Shown: positions 39,191 to 52,150, counted from the whole stretch's first letter. The stretch is 57,300 nucleotides of DNA, filler included, from Sphacelaria rigidula (GCA_964200075.2; 4 parts of 4 records of this genome joined end to end with filler, not necessarily neighbours in it), one strand, 5' to 3'. Numbers and translations: made by a program. The notes: generated from the sequence alone by a model not told the origin.

Positions 39191-40063
39191 CTGCGCGGTC
39201 TGCTGAGCCACAGGTTGCTGCTGTGGCTGAGTGAGGACCTGGCCGTACACATTGCCTGCGGGGGCTGCAGCAGTCGGAACGCGCGGCACAGAAATACCTA
39301 GGGTCTCTCTGGTCGCCGCCGGCATCTGCCCGAGCAGCCGTGCCCAAGACTCCGCCGACGCGACAGCCGCCGGCGACCCCGCTTGCGCCCCGACAACGCT
39401 CGCAAGCAGGGTGGGGTCCGCCCACTGCGGCGTGAGCGCTGTGCCGGTCATTGCGACGGTCGGGGCCGGGGCCGGCGCCGCAGGCGCCGGCATCGGTGCA
39501 TAGTGTCCGCTGCCGCCTCCGCGGGAGTGGCTATCACGACTGTCGTTCATTCCCCGCATGTCATCACCGCTGTCGCGGCGGCTGCCGCCGCGGCCGTCCC
39601 TACTATCACGACCGCCATCACGACCGTCTCGGCTATCGCGGCCGACATCCCGACCACCGCCACGGCCGTCCCGCCCATCCCGGCCGTCCCTACCGCCGTC
39701 GGCAGGCATGTCGTTTCCGCGGCCGCGGCGGACATTACGTTGGCGACGGCCGTAAGCACCGTCGACGTCCATGTCATCGCCGCCGCCGCGGGAAGACTGG
39801 CTGTTCTTGGGCAAGCCTTGGCCTAGGGGCTGGGTGGGATCGCCGCCCTCCCACTCGGGTTCGTACTCCCACCGGGACGCAATTTTTCTAGCGACGAGGT
39901 AAAGGCCCTTGCTCATAGAGGTGCGGTTTCCGCACACATTCATGGCGCGCGCTTTCAGGCCCGAACGGAGCTCCACGTCCTTGAGAGTGTTGATCTTGCA
40001 CCCGCTCTCACGCTGGAGCTGCTTGACGTAAGCCCCCTGACGCCCGATGATGCGTGACGATGC
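39191..40063 (-). CDS. Triple-KH protein exon (KH2 plus RD/RG-rich low-complexity region)
   Basis: ASSRIIGRQGAYVKQLQRESGCKI...; 873 bp; acceptor cacgcAG, donor GTGGGC. Confidence 0.92.
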
Positions 40064-41412
40064 CTGCGTGAACCGGAGGGGGGGCGAGGGGCGGGATAAG
40101 TGTTGACATAGTTTGTTTCGCAACTCTTGTGACCTAACCCAATTCCTGTTAGGGGGGAGTATGTGGTTGGGGATGAGGCGTGTATGTACAGCCACCTGGG
40201 CACTTGGGAGAAACGCGAATATGTGGCCATTGGGTAGCACCACAATAAATGTAAGAAATCCACAGGTGTCTGCCGAGGCCTTAAATGATCAACATACGGA
40301 GTATACATCGGTGTACACGACAAAACACACCTGCGCGTTGGAGTCATGCAGCATCGCACCCTTTATGTCGTTTTGGCCGTGTGTGCGTGTGGACATTGTG
40401 GTACGGTCAAGGATGAAACACATGCCAAAAGGGCAGACGACATTTTTCGATGAAGGGCTTGCCATCTTCTGCCGTCACCGAGTCACACAAATTTAACCCT
40501 AGAAGTCGATTAAGTCGCGGCCAAATGGCTACCTGGGTGCTAATGTCTGGAGTATGACCAAAAGTCCAACATTCTGTTTGTTAACCGGCGGTGGGTGTCT
40601 GATTGCCACGAACACACGAGCAATTAACAGGCGACGAGAAGCGGTCATGTGCATTTTCTTCAGGGTACTCCTAACATGCCAGTGTCTCTGAGGGATTAGA
40701 TCATCATGCCCGTGAAAGAAGGTCTTCCCGACCAAAAATCCCTTGCCAACAACAAATAAAATAAACGCAAAGGAATCCTGTACTGACGACGCCTTCTAGA
40801 CGTCATTGACTGGTCGGGCCTGTGCCGGACCTCTGCCGAACAGAACACACGCTCCGTCCCAAGTTATATAGGATAAGTATGCGACAGCTGTAATTTTTTC
40901 ATCGCATTCTTCTCCCGACAGGAAGCAAACCGGCCTGCGGCACTTGACAGCCCCCCGCACACACACTAGATGTTTTCAGTGTGGCGGCGGATTTGTTCAG
41001 TTCGCCAGAGCGGATCCAACAAGCCCCAGAACGTTGAAGAAAATGCACTTTTTCATTACATTTTGGCGGTTTGCGAGGTGCTGCTGGCTCCGCGGCTCGA
41101 GTTAGGGAAAGCCGCCGCCAAACTAAATATTTCTGATGTGTGGGACGCGCACGCATCAAATCACAGTCCAATCCTCTGCTTCGTTGCTGAAAAAAATGTA
41201 GTTGAAAGATGAGCACAACATAGTGCAACAAGAGGGGCACAACAACATCACGAGTAGCAGTTTTTTATCCTCCTGTTGTTGTAAACCTGTGTACAAGTGT
41301 GTACAGCAACGTCAGTCACAGGTTTGATGTAGAATGTATATGACAGCGTCGGTGTCCATTTCCTCGATATTTAGTGCCCAAAATCGGGCCCTATTCACAG
41401 GCATAACTGTAC

Positions 41413-41487
41413 CTGGTCGGGGATCATGAACTGCATCACGCCAACCGAAGCTTCCATCTCCTCCCACACCAAGTCCATGATCATTTG
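41413..41487 (-). CDS. Triple-KH protein exon (KH1 end / KH2 start)
   Basis: QMIMDLVWEEMEASVGVMQFMIPDQ; acceptor cccttcAG, donor GTACAG, phase 0 on both sides. Confidence 0.88.
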
Positions 41488-41966
41488 CTGAAGGGATGAC
41501 AAAGAGAAGGGGTGGGTGAGGCAAGGTGGGGAGTCAAACCAAAAGTGCGCGAAAAACATTGCCCACTGAACGTACGCTGCGGGACAAAAGCCATGAAAAA
41601 AAAAGCGGAGCGCAATTATATCTTCATCGATTAGGCGGGACATATAACCGCTCGACAAAGCGAGCGGGAAGCTTGAAAAGGTACGGCCGGTGACATCATG
41701 ATAGACATCGAAGGAAACTTCAAGAGAGGCGAGCAGTGTACGACAAGGAAGATGGAACAGAGGACTGGAGGAAATTGAATTACATGAAAATTAAAACGCA
41801 AACTGCTCTCGAAAGTGAGCAGGCGGTGAATAGCTTACTCCCCTGATCCACGTACATATCGCCGTAAACCCAGATCCCGATCCCCAACATTGTGAACATC
41901 CAGGTAACTCTTGATGGTGGCAAATGATTGTCACCAAAAAATGAATGAAGTTGAGGAAAAGCTCAC

Positions 41967-42045
41967 CTGAGCGAGGATGATGCTCTTCACGGTTCCCCTC
42001 AATACCACTTTCCTGAGCCCCGACTCCTTGTCGCAGTAGTTGTCG
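41967..42045 (-). CDS. Triple-KH protein exon (KH1 second half)
   Basis: DNYCDKESGLRKVVLRGTVKSIILAQ; the phase-2 junction fits the previous exon; GTGAGC donor. Confidence 0.88.
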
Positions 42046-42331
42046 CTGTCGTGAGAACACGCAACGCACGGTACAAGAGGCGACATCAACAGCAAGCGAA
42101 GCACGCAATGGAGCATGACAAGGCACGACGGCGATCAAAGCGCACAATGGAGCATGACTTCACACAAACCATGGGGTAACGGTTTTCCCTACTCGTACAG
42201 ATTTCCCACGAGATGATACACGACCACGATCACCATGACCAACATCGCCTAGCCACAAAAACAGCATTATTAACCTCAAAACCACCGTAAAATGAAAGCA
42301 TCAACAGGAGCAGCAGGATCAGCGAACTTAC

Positions 42332-42456
42332 TTCTCCACCGTGATGATGCTGCGCGAGGTATCCAAGATCTTCTTGAGACGTAGACCGTGTCTGCCCACC
42401 ACGATGCCCACAACACGCTTGTCGTTAGGAATCTGCAGCACCACCGAAATTGGGTG
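42332..42456 (-). CDS. Triple-KH RNA-binding protein (PCBP/hnRNP K/Nova-like architecture), first visible exon (KH1 start; gene 5'-truncated by the contig end)
   Basis: HPISVVLQIPNDKRVVGIVVGRHGLRLKKILDTSRSIITVE, with a GXXG loop, an AG acceptor after a pyrimidine tract, and a GTAAGT donor. Eight exons join in frame: 2526 nt, 841 aa plus stop. Confidence 0.9.
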
Positions 42457-42951
42457 CTGCGATGTCGGTTGGGGAAAAAAAAAAGGTCAAATGCAGGGGA
42501 GAAAAAGGAAGCATAAAGGATACGAAGATCCCTCTTATTATGGCCGAGGATCACGTTTCGATCGGCAATATTGTCTTCTTCCCTTTGGTCAACAAATAAA
42601 ATTCATTCACCAACCAACCAACTGATCAATGAATCAATCTATAACATTTATATACATATATATATTACAGTTGAAAAAATAAAAAATAAAAGCCTACAAA
42701 ATCGACGTTGCCCCGAGCATGCCGAAGTGAACCACTCCACCGAGCTAACAACGCAATACAAGAAGCGAATTGCCCCCGGTGCGATACACAGTGTTGCTGA
42801 AATTGAACTCGGTACCGTGCTTTACACATTTCAAATCTGACACAACATACTTCTCGTATATGAAAAAAAAAAAAACAGCATATTTCTTCAAACTCAAGTA
42901 TCTACAGCTCTCGGGCATTTTTCGCTAGAATCTACGAAATATCCTCGAATC

Positions 42952-43051
42952 NNNNNNNNNNNNNNNNNNNNNNNNNNNNNNNNNNNNNNNNNNNNTTAAT
43001 TAATTAANNNNNNNNNNNNNNNNNNNNNNNNNNNNNNNNNNNNNNNNNNNN
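42952..43051. other. Artificial contig-joining spacer
   Basis: Same 44N-TTAATTAATTAA-44N structure. Confidence 0.98.
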
Positions 43052-44239
43052 CACCAGAGGAGCTCTCCGAAGCGCTGCGTCGCAGTGCAAATTTGTCGGA
43101 CACGTCCAAAATGAACCTTCGGGAAAAGGAAAAAAAACGTTCGAGAGAAGTCTGAAAGCGGAGCCCGACAAGTCCGGAAAACAATTGAAACATCTAAAAA
43201 AACAGTGTCGACGATAATGGGCCCAAGCCATGCATTCCGTCGTTGGTTAGAGCGTCCTGCTGCACACAACTACTGCGCGGCAAGACACCCAAAGTCTCTG
43301 CATCGTGATAGATTGCGTCTGGAGGTGTGCACAAGATATGCGTGTATTGCATGCTGTTTTATTCTTTGCCTGGAACCAGCTGTACTGTACTGTCTGAGGC
43401 CTGACGTGATATGTTCGTTTTTGCTCGTGTTTTAACTCCTTGAGCGTTCAGAGCTTTCTGTTCCAAGAATATGGTCTCAAAATGCCGAGGACATTTGGAC
43501 TACAAGCTGGGCCTTCAGTAAATCCCCCATTTGCATGTCACACCAAAATTAGTCAAGTGTACCAAGGCAGCCCAGCCCGACTTGAGCATATCGCTGTTGA
43601 CTGTAGACCAACCTGGTAACGCACGGCACCGCCGCTGGTCGATTGGCACAGTTTCGGTGACGATGTTATTGTGTTGCATTGAGTACCGGGCACGTCTCGT
43701 GTCGTTGCGTGATAGCATGTCTGGAGACGTTTCGTTTCACGAAATGCGGCGGAATTACGATAGACAATTGCGCCGCAAAGGCACGCGAGGACTCGATATG
43801 GGCAGGCAAAAGCACACTGGTACTGCTGCAAGATGGCATCAAGCTCGTCAACAGCTTCATCATGGGAGAGAACCTCCCATCCGACGGTCATTTATCACCG
43901 TAGATGAGAGAAGTGCCACCTCGAACTGCGCTATGCACCCCTCAAATGCAAGACCGTCACCAAAATATCGAGACCCTTCGCAACTCGGGAGCAAGCACAA
44001 TCAGAGGCTCGCGGGTGAAAGCTGAGCTTTGAACCTGGGGCTGGGGGGAAGATCACTGACCGAGCAGTCCTCAACCGCTACAACCCAACTCGATGTCGTC
44101 GTGTACAACAGGAAAACTGAGCGATCACTCCCCACACGAAAAAAATGAAATCAACGACGGGAACCACGCGATACAAGGGGGGAGGAAATGCCAAATTATG
44201 AGCAAAACAAAATGCCAGATTGTGCGCAAAGATAAAATA

Positions 44240-44312
44240 AATGGTCGTGTCGGGAGTCGAACTCGTGACCTCTGTAATACGACACGGTTCTACCAGTCCA
44301 ACCACCGGGGCG
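44240..44312 (-). mobile_element. tRNA-derived SINE head / pseudo-tRNA
   Basis: Minus strand GCGCCCCGGTGGTTGGACTGGTAG...GAGTTCGACTC: A- and B-box-like motifs, no intact cloverleaf. Confidence 0.45.
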
Positions 44313-44699
44313 CACCCGTGCCACACGAAACGTGCTACAGGCTGGTTCACGCCGAAGACCCCAAATTCTGTCATCAGCAAATGCCTTCTGCAAAACGCAC
44401 CAAAAAATCGCATACATTGTATCGAACTGGCCGCAATTAACAGACAGAGAGGGTGACATAGCCGGATTTTTGTTCAAGACTAGCGGTGGCGCTATGGACA
44501 AAAATGTGTCTCGACCAATCAGCGCCTTTCAAATTCTTTTGGAATTGAAACACGAATTCCAAGCCTAATTTTTACCGAATCTCCGCATGCTTCAAATCGT
44601 AGTGACCGTCACCACCTCAGGAATCTACGGAGGAACAGATTCAACAACGATTCCAGCGGGGTCGAAACCGTCATTTCTGGGTGATGGCGAGTTTTGGCG

Positions 44700-46130
44700 T
44701 CGTCTAATTTCCACCCATGATCCGTACAAAATACTCAGATAGCCTCGTGACGATTTCCCTTAAATCTGTTGTAGAAAAGCTCAGATCATCCTCAAACTTG
44801 GCGGTTACGTAGGAATTGATGCTCCACATAGAAAAATTGTAATCTTGGTCAAGATTTCAGAGCTTCTCCGTCCTCTACCTGCTTCCGGGGGTCCCAGTAC
44901 AAAGACCCCCGGAAGGCGCCAGAGAATGTATCGAAATAAAAACAATATAACATTATATCCTAGGACCACATGTACAAAGTTTGGTGGAGAAACTCGAAAA
45001 TGTCATACAGTTTTTCTTGACTTGACGCAAACTTCACCCAAAAAAAAGACGTTTTCATACTGAGACCAAGTAGTTAGGAGTTTGCACATTTTAAGCTCAC
45101 ATTCTCGCACAAACCTGCAAACCTTCAGGCACTCACGAGGAGTTAGACCCTGAAACTTTGAACAAATGTGCTATGAATCATTGCGCAAGTTTCGATCAAC
45201 GAGGTTTTCTTCTCCTTGATTATTTCACCGTTTTCAAGGGGTCTGACGGGATTCAGGTCGTTTTTCGAAGTCGTCCATTCTGTGACCCCGGAAAACCGGC
45301 ACTATGACCTTTTATGTCAATTTTTTCCGCAGAATCCCTGTCGCCGCAATACTCAAGGAAGAGCCTAACAAGGATTCGTGGCCAAATTCGATAAACTGAT
45401 GCTTGAATTTCCATGTTTACGTCAAAGAAGGCCCAAAAAACGTCATTTTATTACAAAAATCTGGTAGTTTGAGGTTTCACCTTAGCACGGCAAGGTTCAT
45501 CACACAAACGCGAAAACCTTAACGCCGTTTGGAGGAGTTAGACCCTGAAATTTTGCACAGGTGTTCTATGGGTAAGTACGCAACTTTGGATGAACGAGGT
45601 TTTCCGATTTTTTACGTCCTTACCGTTTGACGGGTGTGCGAATGGATAAACGTTTCCCCGAAAATACTGGGACCCCCGAAAACGAAAAAATCTCGGCCTT
45701 GAAAAGTTGCGTAATGGGCCATGGAACACTTGTGGAAAAGCTCAGGGTCTAACTCCTTCAAAAGGCGTGAAGTTTTGCCGATGAGTGTTTTTTCGGTTTT
45801 TTCGGTAAACCAGCCTGTATGCTGCGCCAAATTTTAGGAACTTCTTGCCGAAATTGCACCAGGATCTCCCCCACACAAGTGCGCACAACTACCCGGGAGA
45901 TGCCGCCGTATTACTTTATGTTCACCAAGTTACAGCAATTTTCTAGTTTCTGCAGAAACTTTACATCGCTCTAACTTCTTGTCTTTGTTCTTTCTCCTGG
46001 CATCCCCCGGAAGGTTGTGCGCAGTGGTGATGAAAATGTCGTGCCAAAATTCCAGTGCCAACTCCTCGGAGTACCCACAGCCCGGCCCGGAAACATTCAC
46101 CAACCACTTTCAGCTGGCCCAGCTCCTAAA
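44700..46130. repeat. Transposon subterminal-type region with dispersed direct and inverted ~70-90-bp repeats
   Basis: GAGGAGTTAGACCCTGAAA at ~45138 and ~45532, inverted (TCAGGGTCTAACTCCT) at ~45742. GGCATCCCCCGG..GTTGTGCGC at ~46000, inverted at ~45880-45905. Confidence 0.7.
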
Positions 46131-47869
46131 GCATATTTCTTCTCAATTGATCCCTTCCTAATCTCTGGGTGCTAAACCAGACAAAATCAACGGAACACAT
46201 GACGTTTCTCTCAGGAGCTATGCCTCTTCCTCCTACCTCCCAACCAGCGGATGTTTCTGGACCCCAAATGGATTCGTCACGGTTTTACTGAGCCCAAAAA
46301 TGACTATTTCCAGCTATTTCCAGCCACTTGCGGGTTTCTCACAGTCCATGCAGCGCTCAGCCATCATCACGTTCTTACGGAGGAAATACGGAGTGATCGT
46401 AGTTGCTTCCAAGGCGATACGGTGTTTCACAGTCCAGGCAGCACACAGGCATCATGGTTCTTCTTCTGGGAAATGAGTCAGTTCAACTGTGATGCGATAC
46501 GGTGAAAAATAACACAGCAGGACACGTGGCACGCACTCCTCGCTTGACTTTATCGATTTGAAGGTTTTGAGTTATGACTGCTGGGAAAACGTCGCTATAT
46601 GCTCCCCTGAATCGATACAAACTTGTTTCAAGTAGTCATGATCATCGTTGAGCAGGCCGGGCACCGTTGACGCTTTGTATCGCAGTCAACGAAACGCGGT
46701 TCACCGCGGCATTTGAACACACATCTACATTCATAGTACAGTGCTAATCTGCTCAATCCAGCATCCATGAATCGCTGCACCGTGCAACTTCATAGTTCCT
46801 GTTATCCGTGCGGAACTTACCGCGAACCCTTTGGTGCCGCACCGCAGATTACGATTTCCGCTCTGCCCTACACCAAAATTCGCCCAATCCACAAGGTACG
46901 AGTATCACGGAGCACCCGTATCGTGCCTCATGAAGGTAACAGAAATCATATGAAGGTTGAGGGGCCTTCTAAATGAAGAGGATGATCCCCTTCCACAAAA
47001 TCCCCTTTTTGAAAACCGACCGCTGATTGGTCGCTGCGACACAACCCTACCCCCAAAAACTGAATTTCCTCAAAGTGCACAGAAATCCCCTTTTTTGAGA
47101 GGATGTCAGGGAGTGCAAAAACGCTTCCTGACATCCCCTCAAAAACAAATTCTGTTCACCTCGAAGCGGAACATACATGCCCCGTTGACAAGGTCATGTG
47201 CAAAAGCTCACCACACAACCCAACACAATCAGAGCTCAACCTAAAGACCTTGGTGACCCCGCAAACCAGAAGCACACTGCTCGAGCCGTAGCTGCTCATC
47301 AGCTGTTCACGTTGTGCGTGACCTTGCTCAAATCTGTTTCGAATTCATTTCGAAATGAGGAGTAGTGTGAGACGCGCGCGCAGCATACGCTTACAAAACG
47401 GTCAGCAACGACACGTTTCCGGTTGTTTGTGACACGCACGCAGTCGCCATTCGTCCAAAACAAAACGGAATTCCGTCAAACAAGGACTGCCTGGTATAGA
47501 TTCGCAAGGGCTAGCAGTGAAACTGATGCGCGTGAGTGGTGGGTGTCTGTGCGTGTTTTTCAGGGCTGGGTGCGTAGGTGTTGTGTTTGTTGCCTTGTTG
47601 CGTCTGGTCTGCAGCAATACACAGACCTTAGACTAACGACCACTTCCAGACCCGCATTCCTGAACCTTCATGCAGATGTGGGGTCCAATATGTGCAGAAC
47701 TGCTTGTCGATAGGACTCAGGACTGGACGTTATGGGGCCAACCCCCTGGCAAAAAAGGATTGCGAAAAAAGGGGACGATCCCCTACGTTAAGAAGGGCCC
47801 TGAGCTGACAGAGCCATGTTCACTACTTGGTCGATATCCAGAACTTTCTCGGAGATGTATGGTGTAATT

Positions 47870-48074
47870 CAAGGGTAGGTCGAGTAGAGTATACTCAATT
47901 GCGGGGTATTTTGAAAGTCGTACTTGAAGTAGGCAAATTGAGGGTAGGGTTTTAGGGATCGGTTTCCAGTTATATTTTGGGTACGACTCCCAACACTCTA
48001 CCCTAATACGAGTACCCCAAGTACGTATTTCAAAATACCCCGCAATTGAGTATACTCTACTCGACCTGCCCTTG
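47870..48074. mobile_element. hAT-type MITE (205 bp)
   Basis: ~47-bp TIR CAAGGGTAGGTCGAGTAGAGTATACTCAATTGCGGGGTATTTTGAAA; perfect 8-bp TSD GTGTAATT (47862-47869 and 48075-48082). Confidence 0.92.
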
Positions 48075-48859
48075 GTGTAATTATATTGGAACTTTCTATC
48101 GAGAATTCATGATGCCGACCACCACGTTTCCAGCAGTCGTTCCAGTGTCCCTCGTGACAGTCCCGAGCCAATCGCGCCGCTTTTCGTGGTCGTATCACGC
48201 GAAGATGGCCGACAAGGATGCACGCACACTCAGTCGCGCACAACACACGAAAGCAGAGACCCAACCAAGACACTGAGCGGCGCCCCTGCTGCTGCTGGCA
48301 ATTGTTGACTTGCTGCAGTCCGTCAACGTGGAAAATAAGACCTGAGGTGATGGTTCAAGCCGCCTATCTGCATGTGTACGTTGTCAAGTACTGAGGTTAC
48401 GCAACGCACCTCATGCTGCTGCAATTGAAATCCGGGTGATGCAGTAGCCCAGAGCAGAGAGACACAGTGCGATGCGGCTTGACTGCCTCTGTCAGGACTG
48501 CAGCATACCACAGCGAAATTCCGGGCCTGCACCCGAGACATGTTGGCCGTGAGTAGAATCACTGATGTGGAGTGACATGAAGTCAATGCTGTACTGGCGG
48601 AAAGTGATGCCGTTCTGGCGGGATATCAACATAGCGATGACGGCAATCCCCGTCTGCGTCAAATGGGCGAGCAAGTCGCCCAGGAACTGGACGGGATGGC
48701 TTCTACCTCGGTTGATGTTCGGCAGACACTTGACTCGCGGGCAACAGCACTCATTCACCGGCAGTGCGCTCCCCATGAGGCGATCCTGCATGTTCTTACA
48801 GACAAATCTATTAATTGCTATTGAAGTCGGTTATTCTGAAGCACCAACACCGTTTCGTT

Positions 48860-50760
48860 CGAACCACTTCACGCAGTGCGACTGCATCGTAGGATGTAGT
48901 AAAACACGAAACCGGGAAATCTGCGTCGTCCACGGAAAGAGGGAGGAGGCGTGGGGGGTGGAAGGAAACGCGGGTCCATCGGATGGCGGTTTTGGCGGAA
49001 GTGGTGGCAGCGACAGCCGCAGTAGGTATGGGGGCGGCGGCGGAGCGGGGGCAGAAGTGGATGAATAGGTGGCGGCAGCGGCAAGTGGTTGTATTCACGA
49101 TGCAATGCGGTGAAGTCGGCACCGTCCGACCCTATGAAGTGCCACGTGTGCCATACTCCCCGGGCGCCCGCAGTAGGGAATGCCCGTGGGGGTGCGCGGG
49201 GGTGGGGCGGTACCAGCGGTCGCGGGGGTGGCAGCAGGAGAAATAGCGATGGCAGCGGCAGTGGCGGGAGAACGAAGAATGCAGGTGAGCAAAGTGGAGA
49301 GAGAGCGGGCCCAATGGCAGCGGCGATGGCGGCTGAGGGGGGCGCGCGAGGGGGGTGGTGATGGTAGTGGCCGCGGCAGTTACCTGTCGTTGAGCGGAAG
49401 GTGTCAAGCGCTCAACCGGTATTTGATCCACGCTACGAAGTGTCATGTGTGCAGACGTTCGAGGGTGCCCGAAGAAGGACATGGTCGCGGAGGAGCCGGG
49501 GGGGGCACGACGGCGGCGGCAGTGCCGGCAGCGGTCGGAAGCGGGTGTTTGTAGGCGGCGACGGTGGAGGGGCTGAACATAACGGCAACGGTAGCACTGA
49601 CGGCGATGATGGAAGGGGGCGGGAGCGAGGGCGTGGACACGGTCGGGGAAGGGAGCGGCGGGACGAGGGGGGTTGTAGGCGGCGACGGTGGAGGGGCGCG
49701 CACACCGGCAGAGGCGATGGGCGGGGTAGGGACGGGTATCCAGCACGAGGAGGTGGAGGGAGCTTGGATGCGGGGGTCTGGCTACGATTTGCAAAGGGAC
49801 TCCAGCATCAGCGCAAAGAGGATTACGAGCCAACGGCGACAGAGCGGAGAAGAGGGTTGCGACGGCGTCAATCGACCTCATGGCTGTAATCAAAAACCCC
49901 TAGGGTGAACCTGGCGCCGCCCCCCACGCTGTCGTCGTCCCCGACGCTGTCGCCGCCCACAGTGGGTATTCCACATCCTGTTGGAACCACTGGCGAGGAC
50001 GATGGCCGCAGCAGTGGCAGCGGCGGTAGCGTGAAGCAATGGCAGCGGCGGCAGCGTGAAGTAATGGCAGCGGCGGCAGCGGGAGCGGCAGGAGGAATAG
50101 GGTTGTAGATGGGAACGGTGGAGGGGGCGTGACCGAAAGCTGTCGCCGCCCCCGACACTGCCACCGCCTCTGGCGCTATTGTCGCCCTCTGTAGATATTA
50201 CAGGAGTTAATGACACCACTGGCGAGAACCATGGCAGTAGCAGTGGCACGGGCGGAAGGAAAGGGTCGTGGGTCGGAAGAGTGGAGGGGGTGGGCGCAGC
50301 GGCAGCAGTGGTGGACGAGGTGGGGACGGGAGTCCGGCGCTTGGAGATGGAGGGACCTCGGGCGGCGAGGGTCTCGCCAATATCTGCGAAGGGCCTCCAG
50401 CAAAAGCGCAAAGACGGTTGGGAGGCAGTGGCGAGACAGCGGGGAAGAGGGCGGAAACAGCATCGATCGATTTCATGGCCGTGATCAAAATGCTTGGAGA
50501 AAACCCAGCGCCGCCCCTGTCGCTATCACCGCCCGCTGTAGAAGTTCCACAAGATGCTAACACCACTGGCCTAGACCTGATGAAAACCTGCTATATGCGT
50601 GGTGCATCACGAGCACGGCGGACGGTGTGTTGTGTATGTTCGAAACCGTGCGCCGACCAAGGTGGAAAAGTGCGATGGGCTTGTGGAGGCCCCCAGTGCT
50701 CCTAAAAGCTTTAGCAATGCTCCTTCCTCGACAAAGATGCACCAGTCCGATGCCAATGCT
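48860..50760 (+). pseudogene. Decayed Gly-rich zinc-finger region (C-x3-C...C-x2-HG finger, two RanBP2-like fingers, Cys cluster) with an internal ~590-bp-period duplication
   Basis: CIVGCSKTRNREICVVHG; WLYSRCNAVKSAPSDPMKCHVCHTPR; GRCQALNRYLIHATKCHVCRRSR; VCCVCSKPCADQGGKVRWACGGPQCS. The AKGLQ.xRK block is duplicated at ~49790 and ~50385. Confidence 0.5.
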
Positions 50761-51699
50761 ACGCGTAAGTCACTGAGGCATCTGTCAAATATTCGGGAGT
50801 CTTTTATTCCTCCGAGTCGTGCATGGATGTTCTCAGCCATTTCACAACACAAAATAAAGGTTTTGTCGAAGTTTTCCTCTTTCGGCAGTACAATCGCAAC
50901 AAAACCTCACAAGTGGTCGTTTCGATATTGTTTCTCCGCCACTTTACGAAAACAAAAGGAAGTAGTTGAGACAGTGTATCCCTACCGCCAAACCGATGAC
51001 GACGAAAAATACGAAGACAAAATATTCATGGTATGGTTCTACATTTACGCAAAACCAGCTGTTTGCAAACCAGCTGTTTACTGTGGCGATTGAATTAACG
51101 GCACCATCTCCGCAGGCGCCACAATGACTTATTTCAACCGTGGCGTGGGGGGTAAACGCACGCGATCGTATGACCTGCCTAGCGTAGTACTGTATGGCAA
51201 TGTTGCACTACAGTCATGAAGGTAATTCGTCTTGTTTTCGTATTGAGCGACTGTATGCTTAGTGGACCATCTAGAAAGACGTGAAACTGTACCCATATTT
51301 CCCTGATTGGCCGCACGAAACTGACCACGGTCCGCAGTGTCGAGCTTTGTTTAGTGGGCTTAATACATGCGACGAGTCAGCCGGCGTCAATCTGAGAGCT
51401 CTCACGAGCAGAATCGCGGGAAGAAATAGAAATTATCGCGTCCGCTGGACATGTTGGGTTGTGACTTCTTCGCTTCGGTGGTGACTCTCGTCAATGACAT
51501 GTTGTAATGAAGGCTGAGTGTTGTAGAGCTCACGAGCGATGGTTCTGCTCGTTCCTCGAAGCTACGGTTGCCGGTGCACGAAAAACTCTCGTCGACGCTT
51601 ACGACCGAGAGGGTCGATGCTACCGTACTGGTACTGCTACATTGCACTGCGGTATCTGGGATATCTGAACTACTGATGCGCAGAGAGTGACCGAGGTAC

Positions 51700-52150
51700 T
51701 GAAGAGAAATAAGGTACAAAACGTTGGAGCCATTTTTGAATCCTGAAGAGAGCGGAAGTATTATTGTCCATGAATTAGCGAAAAAACTAAATATCTTCAT
51801 GACTTCGGAGAACATCCTCTAAAGGCTTTACCGTCTAGAACGCTCTCATCACGTTTTTGCGTATACTTCTTTGAAGTGGGCTGTCCATTCCATTCTCCGT
51901 CTCGAAGCCAAGTATTGATCGTGGGCACGGCTCACTTCCGAGGGGTTTACAGTCACGCCAGCCAAGCGCCATTTCTTTGTACAACATGTCCACAGCTGAG
52001 TTTGAGGTATCACCAACTAAAAATTCACACAAGGTCATCGTCAAAATGCGGAACGTGGCTGAAGGTCCGAAGATGAGAATTTAATGCAGAAAATAAGGAT
52101 AAATAAAAAATCCTGGAAACGTGGAGCGGATCGAAAATGCTACGGAATGA
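51700..52150 (+). pseudogene. Decayed SET plus post-SET-like domain
   Basis: Across frameshifts, in canonical order: YLHDFGE, VYFFEV, IDRGHGSLPR-(S)HA-QPSA, KVIVKMRNVAEG, then WKRGADRKCYG (post-SET CxCGxxxCRG-like, with TGG and CGT at the Cys positions). Confidence 0.5.

Noticed and set aside
36596..39891. Plus-strand Leu-, Ala- and Arg-rich ORFs
   Set aside because: These are antisense shadows of the GC-rich KH-protein exons.
40659..40708. Intronic C/D box snoRNA (ATGATGA...CTGA on the minus strand)
   Set aside because: Too short and lacks a terminal stem.
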